Positions 13,777 through 26,800 are shown, counted from the stretch's first letter. The stretch: 64,000 nucleotides of DNA from Octopus vulgaris (GCA_951406725.2 OX597818.1:85870001-85934000); one strand, 5' to 3'. The notes: a model not told the origin generated them from the sequence alone. Made by a program: numbers and translations.

Positions 13777-15299
13777 ATGTCGTCTAGCATGGAGCCTACC
13801 GTTGGAGCAGAAATACTTGTTTCTCCTGTTGAGAGGAGGAAATACATGTCCGGCGAGGAGCCAACTACAGACAAGGAAATAGGGGTTTCCCCCGCTACAA
13901 GAAGGAATAGCAGAGAGGATAATATATTTGATATTTTTGGAGATGTGTCTGAGAGCTCGTCAGAACTTTCACCAGAAGAGTTTCCGACTTTGCCAGAGAA
14001 CAAAGGCATTGTGTCGAAGAGAATAATTGATGTGCCTAGCATCCAGATAGAACCAAAAAATGGGAAAAAAAGTTTTGCGTTGGCTGCTGGGTGTGGAACC
14101 CAGATACTGTCGACGAATAAAAGCGAAATTATGAAATACAGCAAAATGATGGAAATAACTGACAACGGTGTGAAAATTGAACCTCCGCAAAAGTTATTAC
14201 AGGAAGAAAAGCAAAAAACAATAATTTTCAAAACATATTGTCTACAAAAAAGAAAAATTGAAAGAATGTCAGAAGAGAAAATAGAAAAGTGCTTAAAGCC
14301 AATATTGGGCGACGTAGTATTTCTGAGAAGAGGAAAAAATTCGGAACGGTGGAAGTTAGGTTCACCAATAAAGAAATAGCACACAAGAACTCAGTTGAAA
14401 CGTTGAAAACGAACGACGTGGAGTTAATACCCTATTATATGGGGATGAGGACGTCGCGAATAAAAATTACAAGGGTCCCGCCAGAGGTCGAACCGATGTG
14501 GTTGTTGGCGGCAGTCCTAATCAAAGAGGTAGAAAAAATTACTCTCCTCCAGGCTACAGCTACGGAAAACCCACGCTGGGATGGTCAAACAATTAATCTT
14601 CTCATTCAAGCGGACCCTAAAATAATTCAAACAATTCCTGAGACAATTGAGGTAGGGGAGGAGAACCTCGTGGTGTTTGTTGAGGGCCGAAAACCTCGAT
14701 GTTTTTTATGTGGTCAATTAGGCCACATTCGAAGGAACTGCAAGGAAAATGAAGAAGAGGAGGAAGAGGAGAAAAAAGACAAAGAGGAAGAAGATAAAGA
14801 AGAAACAGATGAGAAAAAAACAACAAACAAAAGAAAAATACAACCAGCAACCCAGCCGAGAGCGGTGACTACTACAGAACAACGACAAAAAAAGACTGCC
14901 AGAAGAGAAAAAGAAGAAAAAGGCATAATAGCCGTTTACACTAAAGATACTGAGCTCATGAGAGACATTCAACTCATAAAGACTGTAAAAAAAATTGATA
15001 ACCTTTCAGAGGAATTTATCAATTACGACATATATGAAGTCTCAAATAAGACTTATAGAATTCTACAAAATAAGTACAGAAAGACTGAATCTTCATTGAG
15101 ATTAGATTTTAACAAGTCGATATTTCATGGATTACCAGCTCCGATCCCGCGAGAAAAGGAAAAGGTAGAGATTCCCCCTCCACCTGATAATTCTGTGTCG
15201 GTGGTGAGACGGGATTTTGACAAATCTATTTCCCAAGACCGTCCACCTCCGACCTTGGATAAAAAAGGTGGAGGGTCCCCCTCCACCGGACAATCCTAA
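13777..15299 (+). pseudogene. Tx1 ORF1 (gag-like nucleic-acid-binding protein), one -1 frameshift near 14334-14340
   Basis: ORFs 13750-14379 and 14289-15299 join as VVFLRRGK/KFGTVEVRF. Zinc knuckle CFLCGQLGHIRRNC followed by an acidic/basic tract. Confidence 0.85.
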
Positions 15300-15311
15300 T
15301 TAAACAGGTAA

Positions 15312-18300
15312 GTGATGGCTATTCACATTGGTTGTTTAAATGTTCATGGCCTGTTGTCAAGCTGGAAGCAAGGACGCTTTCTGAATGACATCAGGTCGAG
15401 AAATTTGGATGTAATTGTTGCAACGGAAACCCGGGTGAAGGGGCCAAGAGATCTGCTCCCCCTCCTGAACGGCTACGAGAAATACGTTTCTCCGAGTCGG
15501 GCGGGAGGTGGAGGTGGGGTGTTGGTCCTACTAAAAAGAAACCGGGTAGCCGAGAAAAAGTTGTTTTTTTCTGACCCAGAAGGCAGGCTGGTCGTTCTCG
15601 ACTTGACATTCAGTTGTGGCAAGACAATCAGGCTGGTCGCTATTTACGCACCAAACATTATTGGCCCGCAAACTGAATACTTTCGTGGCCTAGGAAAGTT
15701 CCTAGCCACGTCGCATTCACTAGTAGTGTTAGGAGACTCTAATACAATATGTGCAGCACACACAGATTGTGTTGGCTCAAACTCGAACATGAACAGAAAA
15801 TGTAACCTTAGGCTTTCGGGATCTGCTAAGTCAATTTCAGCTAGCAGATCCATATAGGTTGGAGCACCCGAACACTCCACATTGAACGTGGTCAAATAGT
15901 GACGGGTCTACCAGAACATATCTAGATAGGATTTTAATTAGAGAAAAAGATAAGTCCATAGTTGAGTGTCCACAGTTTTTTCTAGTCAGCTACAGTGACC
16001 ACAAGATGGTTACCTGTAAACTGACGGTAGATAAGTTGCATAGACAGGGATCTGGCTACTGGAAACTCAATACGTCCCTTTTGGCGATTGAGGAGTACAG
16101 AAAGCGGATCAAGATGTTAATACAGAGGGCATTAACAGGTACCATCATTAATAGCAAATGGTGGTACGCCCTAAAAAGAGCCATCAAATATGAGTCTATT
16201 AGGTTTAGCATAAGTTTAGCTAAGAAGGGACGTAAAATAGGAGATGGTCTAGTTAAGGAACTAGAAGAAGCCTGGAGGACTGGTAATACAGACCAAGCGA
16301 GGGTGAAAAGACTGGAGTTAAACCAGCATCTTGAAGCCCACCACATGGGAAGTATTACCAGAGCTAAGTTACGTGCAATGGGAAGTGAAGGAATCAAAGC
16401 CGCTGGATGGGCCCGAGTGGTGGAAGCTCGGCAAGGAAATAGTTCCTCTATTCGGTCTTTGACGAATCAAAATGGTGTCTTGATAAACGAACCCGAGAAA
16501 ATGTGTGAGGTCTTTCGGGAGTACTTCGCCCAGCTGTTCGGGGGTGACGGCGGTCCTGGTGGTGGGAGAGCCCTCGAGGACTTTCTTACCGGGCTGCCGT
16601 GCCTCTCGGGGTCGGATGCGGAGTCTTGCGAAGGGCCAATCACACCTGAGGAGGTGATGGAGGCTTTGGCCGATTGTAAAGCGGGTAAGTCACCGGGACT
16701 TGATGGTCTTCCGTACGAGCTGTATAAATGTATGCCAGACTTGTTCGGGCAACTACTGACTGACGTGTACGCGAACTGGAAACAGAATGGGTTTATCCCC
16801 AGATCTGTGCGCCGGGGAGTAGTGACGTTGGTCAGAAAGGACCCGGACAAGGGGGACGTTCTAGAGAATTTCAGGCCCATCACTCTGTTAAACGCAGAAG
16901 TGAAGATTTTGGCCAAGGTTCTAGCAAAAAGGTTGGCGCGTGTCGCGAATGGTATAGTCGGGGAGGTACAGACATGTGCCATCCCAGGCAGAACCATTCA
17001 GGATACCCTCCATCTTATTCGCTATACCATAGAGAGGTTTGGTAATAAATCTGGCAAAGGTGGGGCATTGGTGCATTTGGACCAGTCTAAAGCTTTTGAT
17101 AGGGTTGACCATCGATACCTAGCGACTGTACTTGCGCAGTTTGGCCTGGGCCTTGGCTTCCTCAGGTGGTTTATCGCTTTGTACCACAACATTGACTCGA
17201 TAGTTCGGGTGAACGGTTTCCTTTCGAAGCCGTTCTGCATCAGACGCTCGGTTCGTCAAGGATGTCCGCTTTCACCACTTTTGTATGTGATGGCTCTCGA
17301 GCCATTACTGCAAAGGTTGAGTGGCATCCCGAGAGAACCAGGACTAGAGGAGTTTGTTACGGCTTTCGCGGATGATATCACTATCAGTGTAACCACAGTG
17401 GCACGCCTACGTGAAGTAGGTAAGACTATTGAGGCTTACGAGGAGGTAGCAGGAGCAAAGATTAACCGGGAAAAGTCGGTCGGCTTGCAGCTCGGCACCT
17501 GGGTTGGCAAGTCGATGCCTTCAGACAGTGTTGTTAGGCGCTGGACGGAGGGACCGGTTAAGTTGCTGGGAGTCTGGTTTGGACCAGGCCTCCAGATAGA
17601 GAAGAACTGGACGGAGGTATTGAGCAGGGTGGCTGCAGTAGTCAAGACCTGGTCTTGGCGGTGGCTATCCCTGAAAGGGAGGGCGGAAGTGGCCAATGTG
17701 TTTATCGCATCGGTCATTACCTACCGCCTGACCGTCGTGCCCTGTCCGGATTCGTGGTTGATCAGGTTGGAGAGACAGCTCTTTCGCTTTTTGTGGAAGG
17801 GCAGGTCGCCACTTGTGAAACGCTCTGTCTGCTGTCAAAAGCCTTTAAATGGAGGTTTAGGGATGCCTTGGTTAATGATGCGCAGACATGCGTTGAGGTT
17901 GAGGCACCTCTGGATTCTCCTGGATAGTGAACGGGTGTGGTCTCCGCTGGCCAGACAAATGTTCCCTGAGTTCAAGAGTTTTTGCGAACAGGAAGCCTGG
18001 TGTTCTCGTAGACCGAGGTCGAGTGAGTGGCATAAAGAGTGCCGTAAGGCCCTCTTGCTGTTCCGGCGCTCGGGCAACGCCAGCGGTGGGGGTTCCACAC
18101 GGATTTTATATAGTGGGTTGGTAGAGTCTAAATGTGACGATGGCCTGGGGTCGACTCTAGGTCTCGGATTTATTCAACTGGACAGCTTGTTTCATCGTAC
18201 ATTCGGGTTGAGAACGTTGGACAACTTCCAAAAGTCCTTAACCTGGCAATGCTACAGAGGTGCCTTGCCCGTTTGGGATAAGCTCGCAAGACATGGTAAA

Positions 18301-18720
18301 CGTCAGTCGCCGACCTGTCCAAGATGCGGGGGGGGGGACAGGGAAACCGTCCCTCACGCTATTGTTCAGTGTCCGGAGATAACTGAAATGTGGGCTTATG
18401 CTGAACATCTGTTGTCCGGCGAAGGAAGAGTACGGCTGTCGACTGAGTCAATTATAAAAATTGACCCACCGGGAGTTCTAACGATCGAAGGTAAGAATTG
18501 TTTTCTCACGGTTGTAGCAATAGCAAAAGAGGCTGTATGGAAGACTAGGATAAAAGGAATTAAGACAGGCAACTTTATCTCTGGTGACAATTTACGATCC
18601 TTTTTTTCTTTTCATTTGAAAAGGAAACTGTGGCTGGAGAAGAGGTGTCTGTCAGAGTGTACGTTCCAAAAGAGATGGAAGTATGTTGCACGAGTGTTGT
18701 GCGTGCAAGGAACCGTGTGA
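15312..18720 (+). pseudogene. Tx1 ORF2 (AP endonuclease + reverse transcriptase); frameshift near 15800-15830 and TGA at 15883
   Basis: APE motifs LNVHGL, ATETR, IYAPN, LGDSN, TWSN, YLDRI, SDHK and WKLNTSLL. RT motifs KSPGLDG, FRPITLLN, LDQSKAFDRV, VRQGCPLSP, FADD. C-terminal CPRC...HAIVQC. Open for 904 aa from 16006. Confidence 0.95.
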
Positions 18721-19869
18721 ATAGACGAGGAAAAAAAGAAAAAAAGGAAAAATAAAAAGGTATCAGCGATAGATCGGGGCTTGTGGGATCGGAGCGTAAC
18801 TTGATCATCGCTTCATTTGTATTGTTTTTGTACTGTGTATTCCATTCGATTTTTATGTATTGTATTTTATTTTTGATGTCACATTTATGTAAAATCATAT
18901 CGATTCACTGATTCCATCAGTTGTACTGTCCATATCTATGTTTGGCCCCCGGTGGGCAATTCGTATTTTGTCTGCCGTTACGTTCTGAGTTCAAATTACG
19001 TCGAGGTCGACTTTGCCTTTCATCCTTTCGGGGTCGATTAAATAAGTACCAGTTACGCACTGGAGTCGATATAATCGACTTAATCCATTTGTCTGTCCTT
19101 GTTTGTCCTCTCTGTGTTTAGCCCCTTGTGGGTAGTAAAGAAATACATATAGTTTTGCAGTGTGTTTTCGGAGACGCTAGTGGTAGAAAAATGGATAAAC
19201 TCCAAAGCAGCTTATAGTTATGTCTCATTGCATTTCGAGTTCAAATCCTGCCAGTGTAGTAGACTTGGCTTCGTTCTTTCGGGATCAGTGAAGCGAATAG
19301 CAATTTGCCTGTTACTTGAACCTTGTGTACAAATGGCTATTATCAAAGAAAATATTTAAAATATTTAGGCGCAGAAGTGGCTGTGTGGTAAGTAGCTTGC
19401 TTATCAACCACATGGTTCCGGGTTCAGTCCTATTGCGTGGCACCTTGGGCAAGTGTCTTCTATTATAGCTTCGGGTCGACCAAAGCCTTGTGAGTGGATT
19501 TGGTGGACGGAAACATATATATGTATATGTTTGTGTGTCTGTGTTTGTCCACCCCACAACATCGCTTGACAACCGATGCTGGTGTGTTTACGTCTCCGTC
19601 ACTTAGCGATTCGGCAAGAGAGACTGATAGAATAAGTACTAGGCTTACAAAGAATAAGTCCTGGGGCCGTTAAGTATTTTGTCCGGCGTGCTAACGATTC
19701 TGCCAGTTCGTCGCCTTAATAATCTTTTCTACTATAGGCTCAAGGCCTGAAATTTTGGGGTAGAGGACAAGTGGATTACATCGATCCCAGTTGTCAATTG
19801 GTTGGTACTTATTGTATTGATCCCAAAACGGATGAAAGGCAAAGTCAACGTCGTCAGAAATTGAACTAG

Positions 19870-22200
19870 GCACGACGGTCAGGTGGTAACAGATAACAGA
19901 TGCAATCTAAGCATTCGCCATTTCCGCCTGGCTCTTCAGGGCTAGTTTTGTCTCAGTCCATTTTGGGGGGAGACTAGCCATCTTGTTTGTCATATCTTCC
20001 TAGATCTTGTCCAACGAGAAGTCTAGACCAAACCAATCTCCGAACAATTTAACAGGTTCGTCCATCCAGTGCCCTACGTCCTGCTGGATAGGATGGACCT
20101 ACCACTCCAGGTGCCAACATGCAGGACCATCAAATCCTCCTGATTAATTTTTGCTTCAGTCACTGCCTCGCAGTTCGAGTAGTGCCGATCGCCTCGATGT
20201 GTTTGGTGTATATACAAATACGGATCCTCCATATCCTAGTTCTCCCGAGTTGCCTTTCAAAACCTCCAACTTCTGCAGTATAGGCTCGAGAGTCAGTACG
20301 TACAGAAGTGGAGAGAGAGGAATCCTTGACAGACCGGGCGCATGAGACTAAACGGTTCTGTCAAGTGGCCATTTTCTTTGATCATGAGCAAATGTCGTAC
20401 ATTGCAGCGATCCAACTTTTGAAGGATCAGAAACCAGATGGCTTGAGGATAATCACCGTGGTCTACCTATCAAATGCTTTCGGCTGATCTGAGCCCCATC
20501 CATATCAGGTGGTTTACTCACCCTTACTATGATGCATCGCGGGAGGTGGAGGTTGTCGCTAATATCTCTGTTTGGTACAGCGCATGTCTGTGCCTCACCA
20601 ACCAGAGTCTCAACGAAAAGCGTCAACCTCTTAACTCACACCTTGGTCAAAATCTACAACTCTGCATTTAACAGAGTTATGACCCTGAAGTTGTTAAAAA
20701 TCACCCCCCGCTCTTTCAGGATCCACACTACCTCTATTTGTTGGGCAGTTGATTTTAGCGTTCTGCTGCCAGTTCCAGTAGACATCTACCAAGAGGTTTC
20801 CGAACAAGCCTGATATATAACGATAAAGCTGAATGGGCAGACATCCAGCCTCGACGACTTCGTCGTGCAACCCGTCATCGCATCCCGTATTTTGTCAGCT
20901 GTAATCAATGTTTCCCAGAAACCCACAACCCCAGTCGAGAGCCGTGGCAGGCCATTGAAGTAGGCGATAAAGTCCACCTCCGTTTCCAGTCTCCCATTCA
21001 CACCAAAGAGTTGGGCAAAGTGCCACTGAAAAGCTGCACACATCTGCTTGGAAGCGAGTAGCACGCGCACTTTCAAATCCATCAAAGATTAAATTGTGGA
21101 TTTGTTGCTGCGTTTCACCTCCTCCACCCGAGTTCATTGAATGGCTCTTTTTCCTTCATGCCTTACAGAACGTGTCTTCGCTATGACAATGCAACCTTCG
21201 TACTTAACATTGAAAAATAGATCAAGGGCCAATCTTACTGCCAGCACATCAGTGGCGATGTCATTTTCAAGTGCCCTTTATAAGTTACTACCTATCTTAC
21301 TCTCTACTCTCGAATTCCTTCTCTATTTCCTTAGCAGACCTTATAGGTTTTAATCGAATAATCCTTTTCAGGGATAACCACCTTGGTTGTTGACGATTGC
21401 CCTCGTGAACTCCATCTTAACTAGTACCCTAGTCTGGTCTCAAAAAACTTGGCGCACCGGGAAGGACGCGTTCAGTTTCTCTTTCTCTGCAGCCAATCTA
21501 GGTTGATCGTACAAATCACAAATTTGTGGTCTCTGTAGCCGACAATTTTGAACTGAGGATAACCTGTGCTATACCTGTCTACTAACCTACAGATTACTGT
21601 ATCTAGATACAATAAGGGTACTTTTTATCCATGTTCACATTGGCACATGAGGGAAAATCTAGTCGGTACCTGCTAGTCAGCTAGAAATGACTGACAGGTT
21701 TGCGAGGTTCTTAACGCCCCTCTCACATTAGCTAGCCCCACACAATCTACACGTGCATCCATAATGGCGTTCCAATCATTCACTAGCACTAAAGAGAAAG
21801 AGGTCCCAAGGAAAATCCCGACTACCTGAAGAAATCCAGCTGCTCCGATCCAGTGGGGGCATGCAAGGAGACTAGTCAAAAGACCTTCACTACTGTTGTA
21901 CGTGTCCAGGAAGATCAATCGTATCTCGGGGGGCCTAGGCTTTTCTAGAACAGCATCGCTACTCCCCCCCCCTCATTCCAGATCGAATAAGAGATGCGAT
22001 TATCTGAAAATCACCAAAAATGGGTGCCAAGGCGCATGTGTCGGAAATCCTGGTCTTGTTGACGGCCATTACATCCAAACTTAGCGACCCGAGGTCAGTT
22101 AGCAAGTGACTTTTTTTCCAGTCTGACGTGCATATATGTTACTCTCACTTAAGGCTGGTTGAATCGGAAACAGGTTACTTACCTGTCTGATGGTTCACGA
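19870..22200 (-). mobile_element. Second, heavily decayed Tx1-like LINE (ORF2 relic)
   Basis: Minus-strand relics match the intact copy: GYRDHKFV (SYSDHKMV), KLNAS (KLNTS), QMCAAFQWHFAQLFG (KMCEVFREYFAQLFG), NFRVITLLNAEL and HLTVVP. Confidence 0.85.
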
Positions 22201-23260
22201 GACCGGGTGACTCAATCCCCACGGGTTTTTGACTTACTGTGGTAAGTTCTTTAGTGCTGGCCATTAGGTTTGGACTATATATATCTATGTCCAGCCTTAT
22301 TACTTGAAATTATGTGACACTTTGAAAGTGCTGAAGGTCATTCTGCTTCGATGTCTTCCTTCTCTGCGATGAAGGACATCAGTTTTTTTTGTTTGTATTT
22401 CTTATTAGTTCAATGTTTGGGGTGGGTGTGTTTTGTGGTTGCTGTCTTCTTCTTCTTCTTCTTCTTCTTCTTCTTCTTCTTCTTCTTCCAATCAGGACTC
22501 ACGCCATTAGCCACAAAGAAACTCTAATTCGAGCCTACTCTAAGCTGCTAAGAATGTGTGTGGCAACTTGAAGATCCACCCACCACACGCGATAGACTGG
22601 CGGTTGCACGGGCGCGAAAAGCTACGTTGTTTTCCTCATTCCGTAAACGGTGGTTTTTAAAGGGTGGAAAGAGGAACCATCCTGGGCTACAGAGGATTCG
22701 CAATCTAGACTAGGGTCTGAAAGTTTACCACACCATAATGGGTTACACCACGGTTCTTCTGCTTTGTGGCAGAAGTAGGAAGAAAGAGTGAGAGAAAGTT
22801 GTGGTGAAAGAGTACACCGGGGTTCACCATCACCACCTAACAATAAACCCTAACAATGCCCGGTCTGGGAATCGAGACCGCGTTCGATTAGTGGTTAGGG
22901 TAGTCCGCTACCCTAACCACTGAACCATTGCACCTCCACTGTTGTTTCTGTTGTTGTGTGTCTGTTTGCTGTCGAGTTGTTTTTGTGGATTTTTCTGTCT
23001 TTGGTATGGCTGTGATTTCGTTAAGGCTGTTGTGGTGTCTTTTTATTGTCTTTATTTTTTATTAACTCGGTTTTACTTCCTCGAAAAATATTTCCTCGTT
23101 CGAAGGATCTGATGTGGGTAGAGGATCATGAAACACTAAAAGGAAAGAGGTGGTGTTGACATACGCCAGAATAGTTCTCCGAGAATGACAAAATAATTAT
23201 ACTCTGGGATATACCAATCCATACAGACAGTGGATATGATTCATCGAGAATTATCAAGTG

Positions 23261-23843
23261 CTGTATTTGCCGGCGTACATGATGCATCCTTATTTCTAAG
23301 TATATTTTGTGGAAAAAAGAAATTTACAATGATCATACACTCATTGAAAGATATTTGAAAGACAGGATGTGAAAATAGCATTCTGTCCGTGATGTTGCGT
23401 TTAACCGCATTCGGCTACCAGCGGAGTGCACCATAGCTATGGTTTTGTTGTCATCCATTCATTGCAAATAGGTAATAGGGGGATGAAACTTTAATATTTC
23501 TTTCATCGTTCAAGGTGAATTTTTCATTTAGACTAAAGAAGTTCTTAAAGATAACAAAACAATATAAGACACACATCATGTGTGAACTATATATACTGAA
23601 ATAAGAGATATAATGAGATGATGCCACTTCTCTGCATAAGTTTGCGTTTACAGACTGAGATGTTTTGGTTTTCAATATTTTATTATTTGTAACAATTATT
23701 GTGCCTAGCGAACTTATGCTAACTCGAATCCCAAGCGTACGGCACTCAGTCTCTCATCTGGAATATGGCTACATCAGACACTGAGTTATTTTTGGATACA
23801 TTTAAAAATATAAAAAGCGCGTCTTATACGCCGGCAAAAACGG
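23261..23843. mobile_element. pogo/Tigger-like MITE
   Basis: Imperfect TIRs CTGTATTTGCCGGCGTACATGATGC and GCGTCTTATACGCCGGCAAAAACGG; the right end is followed by TA. Confidence 0.6.
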
Positions 23844-24329
23844 TACCTTTCTCAACAGACGATAATACTGGATCTCTCAAAGAGAAGTAGAAATAATCCA
23901 AAGATAACTATTTGAAAATAGAGATAACCAGAATGTGAATAATGAAAACAGAAATATTTTCTATAATAATAATAAGTGTCTTGGGAATGGTAAAGAAAAT
24001 AGACAAATGCATATTCTAAACCCCAGGTCTCACAAATATGCACAACTTACAGAAAATAACTCAGATGTATCACTGCACATACATATTGCCGAAAGTACTG
24101 TCAAAGAGAGAGGAAATAAAGAAGTAAAACAAAATAATACTCGTACGCAAGGTATTTACGTTTTGCGCTCGGTAGTCAAGAGAAAGGGAAAGTCTGCAAT
24201 ACTAATGAAACTACAGAGCAGCAGTAACATTAGTAGTAGTAGTAGTAGCAGCAGTTTAGGTAACAATAACAAGAGCACTCAGAGAGTGCAAACCTCTGCC
24301 AAAGCACCACCAACGTCCTGTCAACGATT

Positions 24330-24640
24330 AGCCAGAGATGATTTTTAAAATGAGAATATCTGAAATAAACTCGACTGCACTCACAAACGAGAATACTGAA
24401 AATGAACCTGACCACTCTCAAAAATTAAGTAAAAAAAAAAAAATAGGAAAAATAATCCAGATTCCTTGTCCGGTACCGGATCGATCCCAAAATTTAATCA
24501 GTTCGTGCCAGTCACGAGGCCAAACATCCCTGAAAGTTTCATCCGAATCCATCCAGTGGTTCTTGAAATATCTTGTTCACGGACAAACAAACAAACACTA
24601 TTGAAAACAATACCTCCGCCTTTGCTAAGGCGGGGGTAAT
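24330..24640 (+). mobile_element. Short interspersed element with a terminal hairpin (possibly Helentron-associated)
   Basis: Ends ACAAACAAACAAAC...TACCTCCGCCTT-TGCT-AAGGCGGGGGTA (hairpin), then (AAT)n. The class assignment is inference. Confidence 0.4.
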
Positions 24641-25293
24641 AATAATTGTAGTAGTAATCCTTTCTATTATAGGCACAAGGACTGAAATTTTGGGAGAAGG
24701 GGCTAGTCACTTACATCGATCCAAGTGCTCCACTGGTACGTGTTTCATCGACCACGAAATGACAAAAAGCGAAGTCGACCTCGGAGGAATTTGAACTCAC
24801 AACGTAAAGACGGACGAAATCCCGCTAAATATTTTACCCGGCATGCTAACGATTCTGCCAGTGATAATAATAGCTTCAAATTTTGGTTCAAGGCCAAATA
24901 ATAATACTGTATTACATTATCATATCAACCACGCGAACAATCGGTTTCATACAAGGAGTTGAGATGGTCCTAGCAATCATTGGGAAAAAGCTGAAAGAAG
25001 TATAGTGTGAGTTCTTTGTTACTGGTAGTCTGAAAATTCCACTTTTGGTCAGTAGGTCTTAACAGATATTGTAAAAAGAATCGGAACAAAATAGTCCGAG
25101 TCAAAGCCGAAGGAGAATTTTTTTTAGTTCACTGGATTTATGCTCTTTGGATTAAGAACAAAAGGCCGTCACGGTATGGGAAATATTTGCTTGTAAGATA
25201 TGGGAGAGAGCTGGCTGGGAAAGAGATGTGAGGACTGTGCAGAGTGGATGAGGAAGGAGTAATTTTAAAACCATGTATGGTCGTGTTCATGTA

Positions 25294-25507
25294 CGAGGGG
25301 ATGATGAAAAGTTCCTGGCTTTAGGTAAAAGAAAATACATAAGGATCAGTTAATTATGATTTTGTTAAACATATTACCCTCTCAGATTCACACACTTATT
25401 GCAGTGGTCCTTCAGTTTTTCTAAAGCCCGTAAAAGAACTTGGAAGGTTGGGCTTCCAACCAGGGCTTTCATGATACCCTTAAAGCCAGGAACTTTTCAG
25501 CACCCCC
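25294..25507. mobile_element. mariner-type MITE
   Basis: TA|CGAGGGGATGATGAAAAGTTCCTGGCTTTA ... TAAAGCCAGGAACTTTTCAGCACCCC terminal inverted repeats. Confidence 0.75.
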
Positions 25508-25912
25508 ACCATCACACCTCATATATGTGTTTAACTCTCTCCGTCTAGGTACCTGTCTAAATTGTAAGAGTGTCGTTTTCTATTCCTGCTCTCATGAACG
25601 CAGATTTGTCCTAACATACTAGACGACCATATCATAAATTGGTGTACCCCCATCGTCCCTTTTTTCTTGTCAAATCTGAAGAATTAATATAAGACTTGCC
25701 ATGTTCAATAGCTTTTGGATTAAGAACGATATTCGTAACTCGAAAGGCATAACCTTTACATACTGTGTTACACCGGTTCTACCTGAGAATGAAATTAAAG
25801 TCGCACAAGGAATATCAGTCACTAACACGTTAATACAGGAGTAAGTAATTCAGGTGATTGAACAATTGATTCTTCCCCGTGGAACGAAAGTGATCCACCA
25901 CTACCACTATCT

Positions 25913-26141
25913 TATTTCTTTACAACCCACAAGGGGCTAAACACAGAGAGGACAAACAAGGACAGACAAACGGATTAAGTCGATTATATCGACCCCAGTG
26001 CGTAACTGGTACTTATTTAATCGACCCCGAAAGGATGAAAGGCAAAGTCGACCTCGGCGGAATTTGAACTCAGAAGGTAGCGACAGACGAAATAATGCTA
26101 AGCCTTTTGCCCGACGTGCTAACGATTCTGCCAGCTCGCCA
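25913..26141 (-). mobile_element. SINE-B, uninterrupted copy with Tx1-type tail
   Basis: Full head-body-tail match to the unit at 3247-3479. Confidence 0.9.
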
Positions 26142-26165
26142 TCCAAACATATGCATATATGTATA

Positions 26166-26800
26166 TGTTGCATGGTCGGGTCGTCGGTGACTAAACCGGC
26201 ACTTCCGCAAGGCTTGCCTGGTGAAGAGGGTTGCTAGAAAACCAACAAGACCTGTTAAAAAGACGGATGTAGGCTCAACGGCTATCTAGCAACAGTACGG
26301 GCTATCAGAAATTCCGGGCTGGTGTCCAGCATGCTGGAAAACCACTGGGAGTGAGGCACACCTCAACTTTTGTTACAGCATGTCTTTAGGAGAAGGTCAT
26401 TCCGATAAAAAGAAAAAAATAACAGATATGCAGGGAATGGCATTGAACATTTCGGATACCTTTTATTTGCACTTGAGATCACGGTGCTCCTACGTCCCTG
26501 AGCCTACGACCCATATTGGTACAGGATATCTTGTCCTGGCTTGGTTTTTGGATCATGTTTGTAGGGAGGAGAGGGCATGTGAGGAATTGTGCAAGCTTTA
26601 TTGAACCTAAAATTTTACACTGTACAATCACCGGTTGAGCCAGAGGGCACCGCGGTGAGCATGTAAGCCGCGGGCGCGAACTCGAGGGAAGTCAACCGCA
26701 GGTGCAATAACCCCATGCACAGGCATTGCTGGTATTTTGCACGAGCAATGGTCAGCGATGTTCTTCCTCGGTTACGAGTGGACAGCCTTCATCATCATCA
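26166..26800 (+). mobile_element. RTE-associated short element; shares its 5' block with 49790-50345
   Basis: GTTGCATGGTCGGGTCGTCGGTGACTAAACCGGCA is shared with the minus strand at 50261-50295. Ends in (CAT)n. The RTE link is inference. Confidence 0.5.

Larger units (their letters stand above)
13610..18961 (+). mobile_element. Full-length Tx1-like (L1 clade) non-LTR retrotransposon, disrupted
   Basis: ORF1 with CCHC knuckle; ORF2 with APE endonuclease, RT and C-terminal CCHC. TSD CGTATTTTGTCTG at 13597-13609 and 18962-18974 (16 bp with one mismatch). Confidence 0.95.
13559..19145 (+). mobile_element. SINE-B host copy split by the Tx1 insertion (head 13559-13609, body/tail 18962-19145)
   Basis: 15-bp TSD CATATAGTTTTGCAG at 13544-13558 and 19146-19160. 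The two halves rejoin into a typical SINE-B. Confidence 0.9.

Noticed and set aside
14332-14342. A AAA AAT slippery heptamer at the ORF1 -1 frameshift (possible programmed frameshift)
   Set aside because: A single-base loss in a homopolymer, or a sequencing error, is simpler, and this copy has other lesions in ORF2. It would need to be conserved across copies.
16056-18590. Antisense ORFs over Tx1 ORF2 (likewise over RepHel)
   Set aside because: Shadow frames of GC-richer coding sequence with no motifs.
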